64,000 nt of DNA, taken from the NCBI GenBank assembly GCA_050173015.1, contig JBFXLE010000008.1, forward strand, positions 64,584 to 128,583. The letters run 5' to 3'. The notes under the pieces were generated by a model. That model worked only from the letters and a program-made list of their open reading frames with translations. It had not been told where the DNA came from and did no database searches. The translations under genes and the position numbers were made by a program. Shown one piece after another: positions 20,105 to 30,088 of this stretch; the first letter of the stretch is position 1; each line of letters starts with the position of its first letter. This stretch comes from Calditrichaceae bacterium. GTDB taxonomy: Bacteria; Calditrichota; Calditrichia; Calditrichales; JBFXGD01.

Positions 20105-21073
20105 TTACGATTTTATTTTTACTTCAGTCAGATCAGCTGCTTTTTCAAAATGGTTTAAAGCCATTTCCACCGTATCATAAAACAGATGGAATTCGTTGAC
20201 TGAAATATCTTCCCCGGCGAATTTTGTCAATTCCGCGCGGTCATACAATTCTTTCAATTTACTGATTACTTCAGGATTTAAATTTTCATTTTTGATTTTT
20301 TTCTGAATCAACTCATATGAATATCCGCCCGTAAGTCTGTATTTTTCAGAAACGTAACTATTAAATATTTTGGTCAGCAAATTCAGGCTTTCACCGGGTG
20401 GTTTTCCGGATGAGTGAATTGTTTCTTTCAGAATCTGCAGATATTTCCGCTCAATGGAAACCGGCTCTGTTTCCGGATTTTGCTGATTCAGCTTTCGTTT
20501 CCTAAAATATTTAAGTACAAAAAAGACAACGGCAAAAGAAAAAGCTATAATAAACAGCCAGACAATGACCATTTCAAGCATAGGGCCATTGTTATTATCA
20601 GGAACGGGTTTGATTATTTTAGCTTCAAGACGGTGGGCGCTCAGTGTTTCCTGCTGCCCGGTCAGGGTGTCTTCATACCGGATGGTAACTCCATCAACAT
20701 ACGCCATTCCCAAACCGACAGGTTTAAAATAGTAGGTAATTTTTTTAACGGAATGCTGATTTCCATTTTCATCAGTAAAGAAACGGTTTGATGATCCGCT
20801 GCCTCTCAGCATTAAATTTGTCGCAGTGGGATCACCCGCGCTTATTATTTTATAACGGCTAAGTTCACCCGACCAGGAGAGTTCTACTACATATACGACT
20901 TCCCGGTTTAGAGGAACCTGTTCCTGATCCATGAAAGTGCGGAGTTCTACAAAGGATTGTGAGCTGTCCGCTTCAGATGCAGCGGCCGGATTCGCTTCAA
21001 TTAAAAGCAACAATAAAAATACGGCACTAAGATTAAACATTACTTTTCTCATTTTCCTTGCTCTGAGTAACAT
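20105..21073 (-). CDS. BatD-like single Ig domain + TM hypothetical protein
   Basis: Signal peptide, beta-rich domain, one TM, C-terminal ELTKFAG resembling the BatD tail. Start uncertain. Confidence 0.6.
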   Translation of the reverse strand: MLLRARKMRKVMFNLSAVFLLLLLIEANPAAASEADSSQSFVELRTFMDQEQVPLNREVVYVVELSWSGELSRYKIISAGDPTATNLMLRGSGSSNRFFTDENGNQHSVKKITYYFKPVGLGMAYVDGVTIRYEDTLTGQQETLSAHRLEAKIIKPVPDNNNGPMLEMVIVWLFIIAFSFAVVFFVLKYFRKRKLNQQNPETEPVSIERKYLQILKETIHSSGKPPGESLNLLTKIFNSYVSEKYRLTGGYSYELIQKKIKNENLNPEVISKLKELYDRAELTKFAGEDISVNEFHLFYDTVEMALNHFEKAADLTEVKIKS

Positions 21074-21132
21074 TTGTCCAACAAAAGAAATACTACTAAT
21101 GGTAAATAAAAAAGTTTCATCAAAATAAATGA

Positions 21133-21170
21133 AAAAAACAAAGCTGATATATATTACAGCTTTGTTTTTT
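21133..21170. terminator. Intrinsic terminator after TPR lipoprotein gene
   Basis: AAAAAACAAAGCTG-N10-CAGCTTTGTTTTTT perfect inverted repeat. Confidence 0.75.
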
Positions 21171-21179
21171 GGTTAAAAT

Positions 21180-21572
21180 TTATTGGCCGGTAGTATCGGC
21201 GCCTAAATTTTGAAACATCGGAAGATTGTTTATATCCTTTCCCAGCATATCAAGCTCATATTGCGCGTCATCGGCAAGATCATGCTCCGGGAATTTTTTA
21301 ATAAATTCACTGTAATATTTTCCGGCTTCTTCAAAATTTTCAAGATTGTTCGCGTTTATAAAGCCCAACATAAAAAGAGATTCACCGTATTTTTTTCCGG
21401 TTGGATAATTTTCAACCAGTTTTTTGAAATTTTCCGCCGCGCCGGAGAAATCTTCTTTTGCGTAAGCATCTGTAGCTGATTTGTAATATTCCTCCTCCGA
21501 TTTTATGGAAGAGCAGGAAAATATCATCCCCGTAACTAATAGCAGAACCGTTGTTAACTTCATCAATTTCAT
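21180..21572 (-). CDS. TPR lipoprotein (BamD/CpoB-like)
   Basis: AAGGAG SD upstream of ATG 21572; lipobox IFSC; TPRs with YP and FP turn motifs. Confidence 0.75.
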   Translation of the reverse strand: MKLMKLTTVLLLVTGMIFSCSSIKSEEEYYKSATDAYAKEDFSGAAENFKKLVENYPTGKKYGESLFMLGFINANNLENFEEAGKYYSEFIKKFPEHDLADDAQYELDMLGKDINNLPMFQNLGADTTGQ

Positions 21573-21701
21573 TGAAAAATCTCCTTGATAAATCCGCAAA
21601 TCAGATTATTATGAAATTAAAATAAACTATTAATTTAATATGATGTGATTTTCAAAGCAACAATTTCGCATTTAAACCCAATATCTACCGATCACAAAAG
21701 A

Positions 21702-23591
21702 TCAAAACGCGAAGTAGAATCCGAGATGAATCGCGTATGAGGAACCATCCTGATCTTCTCTCATCAGTTTATACCCATAGTCCAGCCTGACCGGTCCAAG
21801 AGGCGTCATTAATGCCAGGCCGCTACCGATGGATACCTTTATATCCGCGGGCCTGAAATCACCGATCTCTCTCCAAACATACCCGGCATCAATAAAATTT
21901 TCCAGCACAAACAGCCAAAATAAGGGTATTCTTAATTCCGCGTTGGTTAAATACAGCATTTTACCCCCCGCGGCTTCTTCGATGTTGCCATCCGCATCCA
22001 ACTTTGAAGCCGGTCCAAGTAACTGCTCCGGATATCCCCGGACAGTATTTGCTCCTCCGGCATAAAACCGGTCACTGATTGGTATCTCTTCTGTCTTGCC
22101 TATCTCAAATATTCCACCCACTTTTAAGCGTGTGGCTAGCGTAAAGTTCCGTCTCCAGTCAAAAATTTTGACCTTTAGCGGCTGATAACGCTGCCAGGAA
22201 CTAATGATGGTAAAGTACTGATTAACTTCCCTTTTATTATTGCTATCCCGGCCAAAACTGTTGGAAAAACTTAAACTCAGATCAGTCAATGAACTGTTCA
22301 CCGGATTAAAAATGTTTTTACGGGTATCTTTCGCGCCATAAAGCCTGACCGTATAAATTTGATTCTGATCCTGACTAATCCCTGTAAGAATTGTTGTATC
22401 AATCTCTGATCCGCTGAGAATATCAAGAAACTTTGCTTCAACTCCACCTGATAACTCAATCTTATTCGTAAATTTATGCAGCACGCTAAAAGATGTTTTC
22501 AGGAGATTGAAATCTCCGCTGTTGGATGGCCGGTACTGGTGATATGATACCTGAAAAATCCCCGGGGTTCTGGTATATCCTATCCATGGTTCCACAAACA
22601 TAAAAGAAATCTTGTTTTCCGGATTCAATATCCGATGTTCTTTTGTTTCGTATAAAAAGGAAGGCGTCACATGAAGACTAACGCTCCGTGCCGTTCCGAA
22701 CAGATTTCTGTGCCCGCCTTGTACAGTGAACTCAAGCTTGCTTCCGTAGTAGTCCTCCTGTTCATTTGCAACTCCAATATGAATACCAAACCATCGCGGA
22801 TCTTTTTCCTGTACATAAATTTTTAGAATGACATTGCCTGGATCAGCCGCGATCGGCTCGATTTCAAACCTGACATACTTAAACAAACCTGTTCCATAGA
22901 TATTTTGCTGTGACAGTTCCATTTTTTCACGATTATACAATTCGCCTTTTTTTACCTCGAGCTCTCTGCGAATTAGAAATTTTTGAACTACTTTTGTTCC
23001 TGTGTACTGAATATCTTTTATATAAACCGTCTGATTTTCCTGAATGGTAAAAAGTGAGATGACCAGTGAATCCTGCTCAAACACATAGTCATTGGTGATT
23101 TTGACAAACGGCTTGCCCGAATTATAGTATACATTTTCCACGCGTTGTTTGGCTTCATTTATCAAGCCTTCATCAAACCGGGACATGAGAGGGATATTTT
23201 TGAATTGATTTATTAGTTTTTCTTCCGGTAACTCACTGACGCCTTCAAATCTTACTCCACCATAATAATATTGCTGCCCTTCAGATATCAGATAGTGGAG
23301 CTCAACTTTTTCTCTCTTTTTTGAATAAATTAGGCTGTCTTCCACCTCGACGGTGAGAAAACCGTTTTTACGGTAAAAATTGTTCAGTAAAATCTTATCG
23401 AGTTTGATCATTCTTGGCTCAAAGGTATCCTTTTTTTTAGAATTAATAATCTCGGTGAGTTCCTTTGCCGTAAAATATTTATTATGACTGAAGGTGATTT
23501 TACTGATCTCACTCGCGGCAAATAAATGCGAAAACAGCAGCAAACTGATTAAAAAATAGAAGATGAGTTGTATTATTCTATTTGATTTCAT
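21702..23591 (-). CDS. Omp85 family protein (TamA/BamA-like, about 3 POTRA domains)
   Basis: POTRA repeats, RNLFG, FYAGGANTVRGY, TPLGPVRLDYG, C-terminal F; directly downstream of tamB. Confidence 0.88.
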   Translation of the reverse strand: MKSNRIIQLIFYFLISLLLFSHLFAASEISKITFSHNKYFTAKELTEIINSKKKDTFEPRMIKLDKILLNNFYRKNGFLTVEVEDSLIYSKKREKVELHYLISEGQQYYYGGVRFEGVSELPEEKLINQFKNIPLMSRFDEGLINEAKQRVENVYYNSGKPFVKITNDYVFEQDSLVISLFTIQENQTVYIKDIQYTGTKVVQKFLIRRELEVKKGELYNREKMELSQQNIYGTGLFKYVRFEIEPIAADPGNVILKIYVQEKDPRWFGIHIGVANEQEDYYGSKLEFTVQGGHRNLFGTARSVSLHVTPSFLYETKEHRILNPENKISFMFVEPWIGYTRTPGIFQVSYHQYRPSNSGDFNLLKTSFSVLHKFTNKIELSGGVEAKFLDILSGSEIDTTILTGISQDQNQIYTVRLYGAKDTRKNIFNPVNSSLTDLSLSFSNSFGRDSNNKREVNQYFTIISSWQRYQPLKVKIFDWRRNFTLATRLKVGGIFEIGKTEEIPISDRFYAGGANTVRGYPEQLLGPASKLDADGNIEEAAGGKMLYLTNAELRIPLFWLFVLENFIDAGYVWREIGDFRPADIKVSIGSGLALMTPLGPVRLDYGYKLMREDQDGSSYAIHLGFYFAF

Positions 23592-23603
23592 TTTTCCCTG
23601 TTT

Positions 23604-26600
23604 CTAAAATGTCACTTCCCAGGATAATCCAATCTGCACTTTGTTATTGCCCTGTATGGTTTTTTCATAATAGCTGTCAAAAGACCAATTTCGGTTTATA
23701 CGGTATTCAAGACCGAGTCTGTTACCGGCATCCCAGCTCAGTTTTGGCGCGGGGACACTGTTACCAAACTGCGTGCGGTATTCAATATATAAATCGCTTG
23801 TTAAATATTTTCCAAGAGAAATTGACGCGTCCTTCAGGCCGTTATTGAGTTTCATTTTCTGAAGATCGAGAAATTTAGAATCTGACTCAATCTCCACCTT
23901 ATCGAGCCCGGTGAATGTTTCGGTTCCCCTTTCCACTGCCGTAAGCATCGATGTGGTCGCCACGTCTTCTCCCACATTTCTGAAGGTTGAATCCGTATTG
24001 GATGAGAGCATCTCCGTATCGGCTCCAAGTGTCAGCAGAGTGATTTTATCCTGAGGAGTCATATGTAGTTCATTACCATCCAGATCTTTTACCAGTATAT
24101 CCTGGCGCATTTGTTCCAGGGTTCCCGTAATGTTGAGCTGGAAAATCTTGCTGCTGATTTTTTTCTCCGCGACAATATTGATATCCGGATTGATTTTATT
24201 TGGATTTGTAAAATCGATACTACCTGATTTGACTCCAAAACTCTGATTCAGAGAAGAAAACTTTCCGGATACAACTTCGAGATGCCCATTTATTTTTGTC
24301 AGTTCCGCGGCTGGTTCCAATATGGTCTGAAGATCTCCCAGGATGGTGATTTTAAAATTATTTGTTAAATCCAGCGGACTGCTTGAAATAACAAAATTAC
24401 CGGGTATCTGCACATCGAGATTGTAAGCGATAAAAGGCGGTTGCAGATCGAGAGCTGAAGGACTAATCAGATAAACATTTCTCTGCATCTGTCCCAGATC
24501 CACTTCGTAGAAGCCCTGAGGAATATACACATCCCCGGTAACCATAATCGTGTCTCTGCCCTGAATTTTTAAATTATCCGATGAGACTAAAAGCGATGTA
24601 TTTTCCACAAAATAGTCAACATAAAATTCCTGCGCCAATACATCCAAATCAAGAATCGGACGTAAAACTTCTGACAGATCGACCGTTCCCTTTGCTTCAA
24701 GATATCCTTCCCTGATCGTTTTTCCTCGCAGAAGCGCCGTCAATTTTCTTACATAATGCCAGCCTTTCTCCAGAAAATCTTTTTTCTTCACGGAATAACC
24801 GGAGAAATTATTTATTTTTAATACGGAATCATTGATCTCCGCGTTAAAAGTAACATTTTTTATCTTATCCCTTACCCTTGAAAGCAGAATTTCACCGTTG
24901 TTTAATCTGACAAACCCGCTGGTAACCCCCGGTTTGTTAAGTGTCCCTCCCAGATACAATTCAAGCTCATAATTGCCCAGGATCGTTTCAAGCTGTTCAT
25001 TAAACAGACCGGGTAAGCTGATTTCATTGTCCTTACTCTTCAGCAAAAGTTCGAATGGCTGATCGGCAATATCAAATTCCGGATGGGCCAGGTTTAGATC
25101 AAATTTCTGCCAACCCTTTATATCGAATGAAGTGTTATTGAGACTTCCCTGAAGACTGTCCACCAGAATATATCCGCTGTTATATTGAGCGAACATTCTT
25201 AGTGAATCGACAGTAAAATCTTTATACCTGAAATCAACAAGTGAAAGATTTTGATTCAACACGGGTTGCGAAACGCTGCCGCTCATCTCAAGACTGCCTG
25301 ATGTTGTTCCGCTCAACGGGTATCTTAGCCGAAACAAGGATGAGTAGCGGCTAAGAGATAAATTGGACCAATCTACACTTAAATGGGCTTCAGTATCTTC
25401 CAAAAATCTGAATCCTTTTTTGACATTTTTCCCAAAAACAAGAGCAAGATCGCCGCCTATTATTAAACTGGAGTTTGCCTCCGTAATCATAAATTCCTGA
25501 ATAGAGATATTTTTATTAACATATTGGAACTGGCTCCGGATATTTCCCAGGCGGGTTTCATTATAAATCAGATCATCCACTGTCAATTTTATATCCATTA
25601 TGGGATCATGAAACGGAGTAATAAGTTCTATCCAACCGTTTATGACTCCCCCCGCGCTGAATTTATTTTCCCAGATTTGTTGAAACGGTTCGATCGACAT
25701 ACTGTCCAGCACTACATAAATCTGCGCGTCCTCAATTGTATTATCCCAGAATCCGCTTATTTCAAGAGCAGATTTTTTCGGACCGTGCAAACTGAACCGC
25801 TCGATGCTCACACCGGATGAATCTATTCTGAATTCAATATTCTCATTGTTTGAGAGCCAGTACTTTTCATACTCCGCCTTAAAATTATTAAAAATAATCT
25901 CCGTGTGATCATCATTGAAGGTCACATGAAAAACGGCGCTGATATAATTTTGCAAACTATTTATGCTTAGTTCCGGAATTTCAAGCCTGTTGCTGTCGAT
26001 ATCAACACTCATGAGAACATTAGTCACCGGAATATCTTCAATACTGCCCGATTTAATTCGGAATGTGGCCTGACCATTGCGGCTCGATGCAATTCTGTTC
26101 GTATATAGATCAAGTGAAATACTGTCCAGGTGAACAGTATCATAGTTGAGCTGTTTTATCCAAAATTTTCCCATAATATCAGGATCCACTAGCGGGCCCT
26201 TTGCCATAAATTCCGCATCAAAGGCGGCATCCAGACTATCAATTATACCGAACTGACTAAGAAGGATTCCAAGCTGGTTTTCTTTTGTTGATAACTTTAA
26301 ATCCATCTGATTTTTACTGTCAAGCGTTCCGTAGAGATTAAATCGGGAAAATGAATTGAACTGTACATATGACGGCTGCATAATTTCTTTGTCGCCTTTT
26401 GTAGCCCGGATCGCAAATCGTAATGAATCCAGACTGATATTGCCCAGGCTGCTGTCAAATATATAGAGACTCCCCTGCCCTGTTGGCCTTTTAAAATTCA
26501 ATCCATCCAATTTAAAATTTAAATTACCGTTGATGCGGCTCGGCTCATATTGCCGCGCAAACTGATGGAGGTTAATATTTTTGAATGTCAATAAACCTTC

Positions 26601-27662
26601 AATTCCCTTTACCTGATTCAACATTCCTTTAAAGTAAACATCCGCGTCATTGGCGCTTATTTTTAAATAGTCAACATTGATATCTCCGTATTCATACTCA
26701 CCTTTCAAAGCCGCATTCCGGACAAACAAATCGTTCCATCTCCCCTTCAAGGCAAGGTCCATACCGAAATTCCGGGGAGAACCAATGAATACAAACTTCC
26801 CGCTCAGATTTCCGTCTTTGAATTTTTCATCTCCCGTCAGCAGGTACAAATCATATAAATCCAGTTTAATTTCATCAAATGAGAGAACGATATGCAGTGA
26901 GTCTTCAAGATAAATATCGGTTGTCAGAAAAATTTTTGAGCGTTCAGTGGACAACTGAAACTGATTGATCGTCACATGCCGCTCATCACCGATAATCTGA
27001 AAATGAAGACTGGACAGTTCAAAATCTTTATCCGGCCAATTACCTGATAATTTTGATACATTCAGCTTATAAGAATCTCTTTTTACTGAAAGGTCAAATT
27101 TTACATAAATGTCATCAAATCCGAGTTTCGGATTAACAATATCCACCTTGCCCGCGACAATTTCAAAATCATTAAGGTCTATTTCCGGTAAAGTTCTCAG
27201 AAGACTGTCCACATACACCGCTTTTTGCAATTGCGCGAGAGTTGAATCAAGAACAAATTCCTTCTTGTCCTCATCGATCTGCAATTCTTTTGCGCCGGGC
27301 ACATTGATGCTGAGACTGTCAAAAAATATCCGGGATAATTTAACCTTATTTTTTAACAATGGAAGAAGATTATACTTAAGATCAACATGGTTGCTGCTCA
27401 GATATAACTGGTCATTTAATTCGAATTCAAGGTTTTCAATAATAACATGATTCAGCAAATTCCCTTTAAGGGATGTATAATGGATTCTGCCTGTGTCTTT
27501 TAACTCATGATTAAGGTAAGACGCGATTGCGTTGGCAACAACATTGGTCTGCCAATGAAGTAGGATGATAATCAACATCGATAGAAAGATACCGACGAAG
27601 ATCCATTTCATTACAGAAAGAAGAGTTTTAAACCGGCTTTTTTTTATTACTTCTTTTTCCAA
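23604..27662 (-). CDS. tamB: TamB/AsmA-like translocation and assembly module protein
   Basis: N-terminal TM, long beta-taco repeats, C-terminal DUF490-like LGKYLTSDLYIEY...LEYRINRNW. Confidence 0.82.
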   Translation of the reverse strand: MEKEVIKKSRFKTLLSVMKWIFVGIFLSMLIIILLHWQTNVVANAIASYLNHELKDTGRIHYTSLKGNLLNHVIIENLEFELNDQLYLSSNHVDLKYNLLPLLKNKVKLSRIFFDSLSINVPGAKELQIDEDKKEFVLDSTLAQLQKAVYVDSLLRTLPEIDLNDFEIVAGKVDIVNPKLGFDDIYVKFDLSVKRDSYKLNVSKLSGNWPDKDFELSSLHFQIIGDERHVTINQFQLSTERSKIFLTTDIYLEDSLHIVLSFDEIKLDLYDLYLLTGDEKFKDGNLSGKFVFIGSPRNFGMDLALKGRWNDLFVRNAALKGEYEYGDINVDYLKISANDADVYFKGMLNQVKGIEGLLTFKNINLHQFARQYEPSRINGNLNFKLDGLNFKRPTGQGSLYIFDSSLGNISLDSLRFAIRATKGDKEIMQPSYVQFNSFSRFNLYGTLDSKNQMDLKLSTKENQLGILLSQFGIIDSLDAAFDAEFMAKGPLVDPDIMGKFWIKQLNYDTVHLDSISLDLYTNRIASSRNGQATFRIKSGSIEDIPVTNVLMSVDIDSNRLEIPELSINSLQNYISAVFHVTFNDDHTEIIFNNFKAEYEKYWLSNNENIEFRIDSSGVSIERFSLHGPKKSALEISGFWDNTIEDAQIYVVLDSMSIEPFQQIWENKFSAGGVINGWIELITPFHDPIMDIKLTVDDLIYNETRLGNIRSQFQYVNKNISIQEFMITEANSSLIIGGDLALVFGKNVKKGFRFLEDTEAHLSVDWSNLSLSRYSSLFRLRYPLSGTTSGSLEMSGSVSQPVLNQNLSLVDFRYKDFTVDSLRMFAQYNSGYILVDSLQGSLNNTSFDIKGWQKFDLNLAHPEFDIADQPFELLLKSKDNEISLPGLFNEQLETILGNYELELYLGGTLNKPGVTSGFVRLNNGEILLSRVRDKIKNVTFNAEINDSVLKINNFSGYSVKKKDFLEKGWHYVRKLTALLRGKTIREGYLEAKGTVDLSEVLRPILDLDVLAQEFYVDYFVENTSLLVSSDNLKIQGRDTIMVTGDVYIPQGFYEVDLGQMQRNVYLISPSALDLQPPFIAYNLDVQIPGNFVISSSPLDLTNNFKITILGDLQTILEPAAELTKINGHLEVVSGKFSSLNQSFGVKSGSIDFTNPNKINPDINIVAEKKISSKIFQLNITGTLEQMRQDILVKDLDGNELHMTPQDKITLLTLGADTEMLSSNTDSTFRNVGEDVATTSMLTAVERGTETFTGLDKVEIESDSKFLDLQKMKLNNGLKDASISLGKYLTSDLYIEYRTQFGNSVPAPKLSWDAGNRLGLEYRINRNWSFDSYYEKTIQGNNKVQIGLSWEVTF

Positions 27663-27681
27663 TCTATACCTGCGCGAAATA

Positions 27682-28803
27682 TTAAGATTTTAAATATTGC
27701 TCCGCGAATTGCACCCGTCTGGCCACAGAAGGATGACTGTGAAACAAAAATTCCACCACCGGATTGGGGGAGTGATCGCTCAGATTTGTGTCACTTAATT
27801 TTTGCATCGCGATAATAAACGCTCCGGGTTCATCGCTGTTATCAAGAGCATAGCGGTCGGCTTGTCTTTCATGCCGCCTGCTGATCGCGTTCTCCAGCGG
27901 ATTAAATATGAACGAGATGACACCAAGAACGATTGAAAGCAGCGGGAGTGCCGCAAGATCACCCAACCCGTTGAAGCCCCGGGAAAATACCATACTGCTG
28001 TAAACGATATGCGCGATATACAGACTCAGATAGCTGGTAATTGTACCGGTAATGACTCCGATTAAAAGATGTTTATGAACATAATGTCCGACTTCATGGG
28101 CAAATACCGTCTCAATCTCGTCCAATGAAAATTTTTCCAGCAGCGTGTCTCCAAGGATGATTCTTTTAGATTTCCCGAATCCTGTAAAGGCCGCATTTGC
28201 CTTGTTTGTTGTTTTACTCAGATTAAAACGATAAACACCGTCCAGATTAAATTTTCCCTTACCCGCGAGCCGGTTCATTCTGCCGAGTAATTCTTTATTA
28301 TCCAATTTTTCAAATTTATAAAACAAAGGAAAGATGACCTGTGGCGCGATTCTCCCAATAATCACCGAAAAAACAAATAGCGCCGTCGCTGTCCATAACC
28401 ACCAGGTGTCCGGATAATTTCTCAGAAAAAAATAGAACAGAATTAGAATCGGCGTAAAAAGCACAAGTCCTACAGCCAGTCCCTTCATTTTCTCAAGAAT
28501 CCAGCCTTTCAGGCTTTGATTTGTTAATTTATAATAATGTTCAAGCCAAAACCCGGAAAAGTAGCTTACGGGAAACGAAATAACAGACATCACCATTCCG
28601 ATTATTGCCAAAAAGGCAAGCAAACGGATATAAGGATTGCTGAACCATTCACTGACAAGATCGCTGAGGCGTCCCGAGTAACCACTATAAACAAATCCAA
28701 CAATCAGCAGTAATGAAATTAAGGTTTCGGATAAACTTACGATGAGTTTTATCCGGTTATAAGTTTTTGCCAGTTTTTCACGTCCTAATTTTTTGTCATC
28801 CAT
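27682..28803 (-). CDS. M48 family (Ste24-like) membrane metallopeptidase
   Basis: ANAAFTGFG..KRIILGDTL, HEVGH, ERQADRYA, HSHP. Confidence 0.92.
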   Translation of the reverse strand: MDDKKLGREKLAKTYNRIKLIVSLSETLISLLLIVGFVYSGYSGRLSDLVSEWFSNPYIRLLAFLAIIGMVMSVISFPVSYFSGFWLEHYYKLTNQSLKGWILEKMKGLAVGLVLFTPILILFYFFLRNYPDTWWLWTATALFVFSVIIGRIAPQVIFPLFYKFEKLDNKELLGRMNRLAGKGKFNLDGVYRFNLSKTTNKANAAFTGFGKSKRIILGDTLLEKFSLDEIETVFAHEVGHYVHKHLLIGVITGTITSYLSLYIAHIVYSSMVFSRGFNGLGDLAALPLLSIVLGVISFIFNPLENAISRRHERQADRYALDNSDEPGAFIIAMQKLSDTNLSDHSPNPVVEFLFHSHPSVARRVQFAEQYLKS

Positions 28804-29014
28804 ATATTAAACCTGTATTTCTGAAATGAGTAAGAATAATACCAATAGTTACATGCTAAGTTCCGATTATTCTAATTTAACGGTTTTTAAATAATTAGTT
28901 TACAAGCGAAGAAATTCTCTTGCAATAAAAAAATGAAAGTCAGGGAATTCCGATTCATGTTGCAGAAAATGCGCAATTTAATTATTTTAATTTTTCAATA
29001 AAACAGGAACTGAG

Positions 29015-30049
29015 ATGAAAATAGTAGATTTGCGCAGCGATACCATAACGAAACCGTCTCCTGATATGCGCGCCGCCATGGCCGCCGCTGAAGTTGGTGA
29101 TGATGTCTTTAGCGAAGACCCCACGGTCAATTCACTTCAGGAAAGAATAAAAACTCTGACCGGCAAAGAGGCCGCCCTATTTGTATCCAGCGGTACACAG
29201 GCCAACCAGACGGCGATTAACGCGCACACTCAACCCGGCGATGAAGTGATTTGCGAATATAATTCCCATATATTTAATTACGAGGCAGGAGCCCCGGCAA
29301 TGCTCTCCGGAGTACAGCTACATCCCTTGCAAGGTCAGGCGGGGGTACTTGACCCCGATCAGGTTGTTCAGTCCATCCGCTCCGCGGATCACCATTTTCC
29401 AAGAACCCGCCTAATCTGTCTTGAAAATACGCATAACCGATGGGGAGGCGCGATATATCCTCTTGAACATATAGTGGAAATTCGTAAAATCGCAGACCGT
29501 TTCGGGCTTAAGATGCACCTGGACGGCGCCAGATTATGGAACGCGTCTGTGGCAACCGGTATATCAATTGCCGAATACAGCCGGTATTTTGATTCCTTGT
29601 CGTTGTGTTTTTCAAAAGGACTCGGCGCCCCTGTCGGTTCTGTTGTAGCCGGAAGCGGAGAATTTATCGACCGTGTTCATTATTATCGCAAGGCATACGG
29701 CGGCGGAATGCGCCAGTCCGGAATACTTGCCGCCGCTGCTCTTTACGCGATTGATCATAATGTGGACCGGCTTAAAGAAGATCATCTTCGTACAAAAATT
29801 CTGGCAGAGAATATAAGCTCGTTACCCGATATTAGCATTAATCCGGCTCTGGTTCAGACAAATATCGTGATATTTGAAGTGATGAGCAGGACAAAATCCG
29901 CTCCCGAATATGCTGATGAATTGAGTCGCGAAGGGATAAAAATGATCGCGTTTTCATCTAAAAAGCTGAGGGCGGTCACCCACCTGGATATTGACGATAG
30001 TGACATTGATTTCGTCATACAAAAATTAAATAAGCTTTACCGATCCTGA
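29015..30049 (+). CDS. ltaE: Low-specificity L-threonine aldolase
   Basis: DLRSDT, GDDV, LENTHN, HLDGARLWNA, PLP lysine in CFSKGLGAPVGS. Confidence 0.93.
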   Translation: MKIVDLRSDTITKPSPDMRAAMAAAEVGDDVFSEDPTVNSLQERIKTLTGKEAALFVSSGTQANQTAINAHTQPGDEVICEYNSHIFNYEAGAPAMLSGVQLHPLQGQAGVLDPDQVVQSIRSADHHFPRTRLICLENTHNRWGGAIYPLEHIVEIRKIADRFGLKMHLDGARLWNASVATGISIAEYSRYFDSLSLCFSKGLGAPVGSVVAGSGEFIDRVHYYRKAYGGGMRQSGILAAAALYAIDHNVDRLKEDHLRTKILAENISSLPDISINPALVQTNIVIFEVMSRTKSAPEYADELSREGIKMIAFSSKKLRAVTHLDIDDSDIDFVIQKLNKLYRS

Positions 30050-30088
30050 TTTAAAATTCGTCAACTATCGAAACTAAAGAGGTTAACA

